Source: an uncultured Chloroflexia bacterium
GTDB taxonomy: Bacteria > Chloroflexota > Anaerolineae > JAAYZQ01
Assembly: GCA_963700285.1 (NCBI GenBank)
Contig: CAVOXA010000014.1
Span: forward strand, 64,001-128,000
Length of the DNA: 64,000 nucleotides
Reading direction: 5' to 3'
Below, piece by piece: positions 59,036 through 64,000 of this stretch. How positions within the stretch are numbered: the first letter of the stretch is position 1; each line of letters starts with the position of its first letter. Made by a program: the position numbers and the translations under genes. The notes under the pieces were generated by a model. It was not told the origin of the DNA, searched no databases, and worked only from the letters and a program-made list of their open reading frames with translations.

Positions 59036-61033
59036 GTGGATCGGAAAAAGGGCGAGCGCGACAAACGCCGCATGGAGCTGACGGCCATTACCATGGCCGC
59101 CGCCGTGGGCCTGGGTTGGGGCTTGGTCTTTGGCCTCCTCGATGCCCTGCCGGCTCTGCTGGAGGGCGATCCCCTGGCCGCCCTGGGCCGGCGCTTGCTG
59201 ACCGTGACCTACGTCGCCGTATTCTACGCCCTGGTTTTTGGCCTGGTACTGGCTCTGGCTGGTACGGTCGTGTGGGCTGCCCTATACTTCAGCCACCGCC
59301 GCGCCAATCTGTCCGACCTCTTTGCCCTATACATCGGCCTCGCCGTCGCCCTGTCGGCAGCGGCCTATGGCCTCCAGCACTACCAGGGGGGCTCTACCGT
59401 ACTGGTGATCATCCTGGCGGTGCTGGCCGGCGGTATCGCCGGCTGGCTTGCCCGTGCGGCAGCTGCCGCTACGATCGCGGACGCTCCCAGGCGAGGCGAA
59501 AGGCTACAGAGCGTTGTCATCTGGGTCTTTGTCGCCTGCTCCCTGATCTTGCTTGGGGCCGCTGTCTTTCACATTTCCATCCGCGACCTGGCCGCCTTCA
59601 ACCCCCGCGTCACCGACCAGCGGCCCACACCGGAACGCCCGAACATTGTACTTGTCTCTATCGATGCCCTGCGCGCCGACGGCCTGGGCATCTATGGCAA
59701 CAGCCCGGCCGTCAGCCCCAACATCGACGCCCTGGCCAAACGCGGCCTGGTCTTCCAGCAGGCCATCAGCCAGGCCAGCTCCACAGTGCCATCGATTGCC
59801 TCTTTCCTGACCTCACTGTATCCCACCGAACTGGGCATCATCACGGGCAGGAAATGGATCATCGACGACATGCGCGTTACTGTCGCCGAAGCGCTGCAGG
59901 CAGCGGGCTATCGCACCCAGGCCTTCGTCACCAACGGCCACCTGGTCCCAGCCAAGGGCTATGCCCAGGGCTTTGATGATTATGTGGCCCCGGAGCCGGG
60001 CCGCCCTTATGGCCTCGACCGGCTGCGAGCCGAGACATCAGTGATCGGCCTGGTCTGCCGCCAGGGAGGCCTCGTCTGCGACACATTTAGTGATGGGTAC
60101 ACCCTGTTCTTCGACCGGCTGCTGGTCATGCAGAACGGGGGCGGGCGGGTCAACGGTCTTGCCCGGCGCTTCATCCGCTTGCATCGCGACGAGCAGTTCT
60201 TCCTCTGGCTCCACTATATGGAGCCCCACGCCCCCTACGATCCCCAGCGACCCTTCGGCGGCATTCCCGGCTCTGTCAGCCCAGAGCGTGAGGATTTCCT
60301 GCGGGCCTGGACGCCCGCCAACAAGACCACGCCCATGGTTGCGCGCCCCGACGACCTGGCCGCTGTCCGTGCCCTGTACGGCGGCGAGGTCCTGGACGTA
60401 GACCACTGGATCGCTGCCATCTGGCAGGAGATCGAGGCCCAGGGGCTGGACGGCAGCACGTTCCTGGTCATCACCGCCGACCATGGTGAGGAATTCAACG
60501 AACATGGCGGCTTTGGCCACGGCCATACCGTCTACCAAGAATTGGATTGGGTACCTTTGATCTTTGTCGGGCCTCAGGTGGCAGAGCCGGGCAGCCTCGT
60601 GGAAAGACCGGTCCCGATGCTCGATCTGGCCCCCACCCTCATCGACATAGCGGGCGCGCCGTCGCCCGATCTGGCTCACGGGCAGAGCCTGCTGCCAATT
60701 CTTCAGGGCCAGGAACTGCCGCCCGTTGCCATCTACACCGAGTCACCTGCCCGCCGTTCCTCGTACGACCATAAGGCCCTGCGCCAGGGGGACTATAAGC
60801 TGGTCTACAACGCCAAGCTCGACCAGGCCGAATTGTACAACCTGCGGAACGATCCCGGCGAGCAGCACGACCTCTCGTCCGCGGAACCGCAGCGGGCCGC
60901 CGCCATGCGCGACCAACTCCGCGCCTGGACAGCCAGCACCATGGAGACCTGGGCTTCACTTCCTCACGCGCGCGGCGAGGCCGATGAAATGGACGCGGCC
61001 ATGGAAGAAGCCCTGCGCCAGATCGGCTACTGA
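59036..61033 (+). CDS. Membrane-anchored sulfatase-like hydrolase/transferase (alkaline phosphatase superfamily)
   Basis: About 5 N-terminal TM segments, then PNIVLVSIDALRAD, STVPSIASFLTSLYP, HYMEPHAPY, TADHGEEF..GHGH, LYNLRNDPGE. Confidence 0.88.
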   Translation: MDRKKGERDKRRMELTAITMAAAVGLGWGLVFGLLDALPALLEGDPLAALGRRLLTVTYVAVFYALVFGLVLALAGTVVWAALYFSHRRANLSDLFALYIGLAVALSAAAYGLQHYQGGSTVLVIILAVLAGGIAGWLARAAAAATIADAPRRGERLQSVVIWVFVACSLILLGAAVFHISIRDLAAFNPRVTDQRPTPERPNIVLVSIDALRADGLGIYGNSPAVSPNIDALAKRGLVFQQAISQASSTVPSIASFLTSLYPTELGIITGRKWIIDDMRVTVAEALQAAGYRTQAFVTNGHLVPAKGYAQGFDDYVAPEPGRPYGLDRLRAETSVIGLVCRQGGLVCDTFSDGYTLFFDRLLVMQNGGGRVNGLARRFIRLHRDEQFFLWLHYMEPHAPYDPQRPFGGIPGSVSPEREDFLRAWTPANKTTPMVARPDDLAAVRALYGGEVLDVDHWIAAIWQEIEAQGLDGSTFLVITADHGEEFNEHGGFGHGHTVYQELDWVPLIFVGPQVAEPGSLVERPVPMLDLAPTLIDIAGAPSPDLAHGQSLLPILQGQELPPVAIYTESPARRSSYDHKALRQGDYKLVYNAKLDQAELYNLRNDPGEQHDLSSAEPQRAAAMRDQLRAWTASTMETWASLPHARGEADEMDAAMEEALRQIGY

Positions 61034-61043
61034 GGTCCAACCC

Positions 61044-62010
61044 ATGGAACGGCCAGCCGCCGCCACCATCCCTGACAGCGCCATGTCTCCACAGTTCCGG
61101 CCCCATCTGGACCGGACTGATCGTTGGGCTGGCCTGGGGTCTTCTGGCTGCCTTCCAGGATGGCCTGCCCCTGCTGCTCTAGGGCTCGATCCTGACCTAC
61201 TTGGGCCTCCGGCTTCTGAACTACGGCTACGATCCCACGATCAGCCCCACTATCAATGCCCTGGCCCAGCGTGGCATCCGCTTCGACCAGGCTTTCGCCC
61301 AAGCTCCCTGGACCGAGCCTTCGTTGGCCTCCTTGCTCAGGTCCCTCTATCCCAGCCAACTGGGCATCTCCTGCCAGGCCGTCATCAAGTTACCAACCCC
61401 ACCTGGATGAGCAGCGGGTTACCCCGGCCGAGGCGCTGCGCGACGCCGGGTATCACGCCGCCGCCTACCTGACCTGCCCCTGGCTGACGGCCGAGTTGGG
61501 TTTTGACCAGGGCTTTGGGACCTTCGAGACCACACGCGCCGAGGAACCCTTTGACCTGGGTCCCACCCGCGGCCGGGCGCTGGGCTGGCTCCTGGGCTGC
61601 CCGGAGAATTCGGCAGCCTGCAGCCCTACAACCTCGAGCCGCTTTTCCGTCCTCTGCCCGAGGGATCCCTGGCCAGTTCAGAAGCGATACTCAAAGGGAT
61701 AGGCTACTGGCGTCTGGGCGATGCCTTTGCTCCCCGGGAGATTCTGATGCCTCGGGACGTTGAAAGCCTCACCGCACTCTACAATGACGAGGTCCACCAC
61801 CAGGACTGGCTGGGAGGGACTGTAGGCCAGCTTGCGCTCTATGACCTGGAGGCTGACCCGACCGAACAAGAAGATGTGGTAATCGAACAGCCCCAGGTCC
61901 TAGAGTCAACGAGCAGCGACCTTCTGGGCTGGCTTGATCATGCACATGGATCCCTTCGGGACCTTCCGCGTTTCGCTCCACCAACCGAGTGCACCGACGC
62001 AGTGTGGTAA
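61044..62010 (+). pseudogene. Decayed paralogue of the upstream sulfatase-like gene
   Basis: Fragments in several frames (SPTINALAQRGIRF..APWTEPSLASLL.SLYP; VTPAEALRDAGY..GFDQGF; LYNDEV; LYDLEADPTEQ) with large internal deletions, including the DHGE region. Confidence 0.75.
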
Positions 62011-62026
62011 CGCCAGCCCCAAAGAC

Positions 62027-62092
62027 TAGCCACGTGGCCAATGCGAAATCCCCCAGATGGCCAATGTGACAGTACGCGTCATGCGTTATACT
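62027..62092 (+). promoter_or_regulatory. Tandem TGGCCRAT direct-repeat promoter, copy 4
   Basis: TGGCCAAT at 62035 and 62058; TATACT at 62087 (29 bp). Confidence 0.75.
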
Positions 62093-62217
62093 AACCTGTA
62101 GAGGTCCAGTACAGATTTGGTCCCCGTACCTCTGGTGCGCGAGCAAACGGCAGTCATTCGCCGAGTACTGACGCACCAGGAGCGAGGGGCGGGCCAGGTC
62201 GGGAAGATGGGGGAGAC

Positions 62218-63624
62218 ATGAAGGGCATCTTTGCCAGGCTACTGCTGGCAGTGACCGCGTTCTTGCTGGTCTGCACCGCCTCCGGTTGTTCCCTGCTCCC
62301 AGACCCCGGCAGAGAGGCAGCCCACTCCACGACCTCGCCGACCAAAGAGATTCAGACCTCTGCCGCCCGCCCCTCCGTCCAACCCAAGCCCTCCGACTCG
62401 ACAGCGTCCCCCGCTCCGTCGACTCGCCCGGCCACAACCCTGCAATCTAGTTCAGGCGGGACAGCATCGCCCGCCGCTGCACTGGCCGCCAGCCTCCAGG
62501 GTCTAGACATCGACCAGTTTTTCGAGGCATCGTGGCGGGGAAGCGCCACGAACCAAGCGCCAGAGCAGGTCGGATTGTGGCCGGCCAGGTCTTGGCCTGT
62601 CTCCACGCCAGAGGAGCAGGGCATGAACTCGGAGTTGCTGGCCGGCATGCTGAACGCCATCCACCAAGAAGACCGGGGCATTGACGCCGTCGTCGTCGTT
62701 CGCCACGGCCACCTGGTCCTCGATGCCACCGTCGCGCCCTTTGGTCCCGGAGAGAAGCACATCATCCACTCCTGCACAAAGAGCCTCGTCTCTGCCCTCA
62801 TCGGCATCGCCATGGACCAAGGCTACATCCAGGGCGTGGACCAGCCGGTCCTGGATCTACTGCCGGGCAGAACCGTGGCCAACCTGGATGCGCGTAAGAA
62901 GGCCATGACCCTCGAGCACCTGCTGACCATGACCACCGGTCTGGATTGCCAGGATTCATACCTGTATCGCTGGCGCGGCCTGAACGAGCTGCGGGCCAGC
63001 GACGACTGGGTCCAGCACCTGCTCGACCTGCCCATGGTCGCGGAACCGGGGACCGTCTTTGAGTACTGCAACGGCGCCTCCTTCCTCCTCTCGGCTATCA
63101 TCCAGGAGGCGACAGGCATGAGCGCCGCCGAATACGCCCGAGAGAACCTATTCGGCCCCCTGAACATCTCCGACCTTGACTGGCCGTCCAACCCGCAGGG
63201 CATCTCTATCGGCTGGGGCGAGCTATTCATGAGGCCTCACGACCTGGCCAAGATCGGGTACCTGTTTCTCCATGATGGCCAGTGGGCAGGTGAGCAACTC
63301 GTACCCGCTTCCTGGGTGGCGGCTTCGACGGCGAAACACGTTCCCGCTACACTTCAGGGGGGCTATGGCTACCAATGGTGGATCGACGACAGCGGCAGCT
63401 ACTACATGGCCCTGGGATACGCGGGACAGTTTGTGTTCGTGCTGCCAGAGTTGGACCTGGTCGTCGTGTTTGTCAGCGATCTGGACGACAAAGATTTCTA
63501 CGTCCCACAGGAGCTGTTGCACAGCTACATCCAGCCCTCGGTCCAGTCGTCCGCTCTGCTGCCGGCCAATGCCCAGGGCGTGGATCTGCTTCAGGCCCGG
63601 ATTAAGGCCCTGGCCGCGCCATGA
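62218..63624 (+). CDS. Serine hydrolase, beta-lactamase class C-like (6-aminohexanoate-dimer hydrolase-like) lipoprotein
   Basis: Lipobox TASGC, Ser/Thr/Pro linker, SxxK (SCTK), LLTMTTG, YxN (YCN), GYGYQWW, ALGYAGQ. Confidence 0.88.
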   Translation: MKGIFARLLLAVTAFLLVCTASGCSLLPDPGREAAHSTTSPTKEIQTSAARPSVQPKPSDSTASPAPSTRPATTLQSSSGGTASPAAALAASLQGLDIDQFFEASWRGSATNQAPEQVGLWPARSWPVSTPEEQGMNSELLAGMLNAIHQEDRGIDAVVVVRHGHLVLDATVAPFGPGEKHIIHSCTKSLVSALIGIAMDQGYIQGVDQPVLDLLPGRTVANLDARKKAMTLEHLLTMTTGLDCQDSYLYRWRGLNELRASDDWVQHLLDLPMVAEPGTVFEYCNGASFLLSAIIQEATGMSAAEYARENLFGPLNISDLDWPSNPQGISIGWGELFMRPHDLAKIGYLFLHDGQWAGEQLVPASWVAASTAKHVPATLQGGYGYQWWIDDSGSYYMALGYAGQFVFVLPELDLVVVFVSDLDDKDFYVPQELLHSYIQPSVQSSALLPANAQGVDLLQARIKALAAP

Positions 63625-63637
63625 AGGTTCAAGACCC

Positions 63638-64000
63638 ATGAAGGGCAACCTGCGGAGCAAGATCATTGCCTGGTCTTTCGTTCCTACAGCCATCATCTTT
63701 CTGGCAGTGGCGCTGGTCACCGTCTACGCTTACCAGCGGGTCACCGAGAACCTGGTCATCGAGCGCGACAGGGAGCTTACTCGACTGTCGGCCCAGCTCC
63801 TGGCCAACGACCTGGCCACCTACACCGATCCTCGGGCAGGCTTCGATCTACGGATCTTTGACGGGGTCGTCGTCATGGACGAGGATGGCGACATACTGGC
63901 CGCCGAGCCCCAGCAATATGACCGCTTGCGGGCAAGCTGGCTCAGAGACTTCTCCCGGGAGCGGATTCTCAGCTTGGACGAACCGGTATACTCTGATATC
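63638..64000 (+). CDS. Membrane sensor protein N-terminus (TM + Cache-like domain; probably a histidine kinase), runs off the window
   Basis: MKGNLRSKIIAWSFVPTAIIFLAVALVTVYAYQRVTENLVIERDRELTRL...FDGVVVMDEDGDILAAEP; open to the window end. No kinase motifs are visible. Confidence 0.55.
   Translation, partial: MKGNLRSKIIAWSFVPTAIIFLAVALVTVYAYQRVTENLVIERDRELTRLSAQLLANDLATYTDPRAGFDLRIFDGVVVMDEDGDILAAEPQQYDRLRASWLRDFSRERILSLDEPVYSDI

Noticed and set aside
30921-62066. Similar ~42-bp direct repeats at 30921 and 62021 as att sites flanking a 31-kb island
   Set aside because: No integrase or tRNA is present, two more copies occur at 22.3-22.6 kb, and all keep fixed spacing to a -10 box, which fits a promoter motif better.

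Overview
GC-rich bacterial window whose gene content and protein style suggest Chloroflexota/Anaerolineae (inference). It has five blocks. (1) 1-704: the 3' part of a reductive dehalogenase/QueG-type Fe-S gene. (2) 1.0-19.9 kb, minus strand: a MalT-like LuxR regulator, two Cys-type arylsulfatases, a DUF1254/1214 protein, a truncated anaerobic sulfatase maturase remnant, a methyltransferase, a BASS transporter, MscS, a META-domain lipoprotein and a secreted hydrolase; many of these are split by single-base frameshifts. (3) 20.4-31.4 kb: a methyltransferase, a MacAB-like exporter whose ATPase is fused to a cyclic-nucleotide-binding domain, a PD40 protein and two response regulators. (4) 31.7-56.3 kb: a co-oriented ~24.6 kb carbohydrate catabolism cluster with seven UROD/MtaA-CmuA-family paralogues, an isomerase, an epimerase, an FGGY kinase, four oxidoreductases, a cyclase-family hydrolase, a DeoR regulator and a CUT2 sugar ABC transporter whose binding protein is a near-identical triple tandem repeat. 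(5) 56.4-64 kb: an MFS transporter, a membrane-anchored sulfatase-like protein with a decayed paralogue, a beta-lactamase-fold hydrolase and the start of a sensor gene. Two recurrent promoter/operator motifs were read directly from the DNA, one in 4 copies and one in 2. No rRNA, tRNA, CRISPR array or transposase was recognised. The best candidate for an undescribed system is the seven-UROD-paralogue sugar cluster. All assignments are by eye from motifs; no database searches were run.
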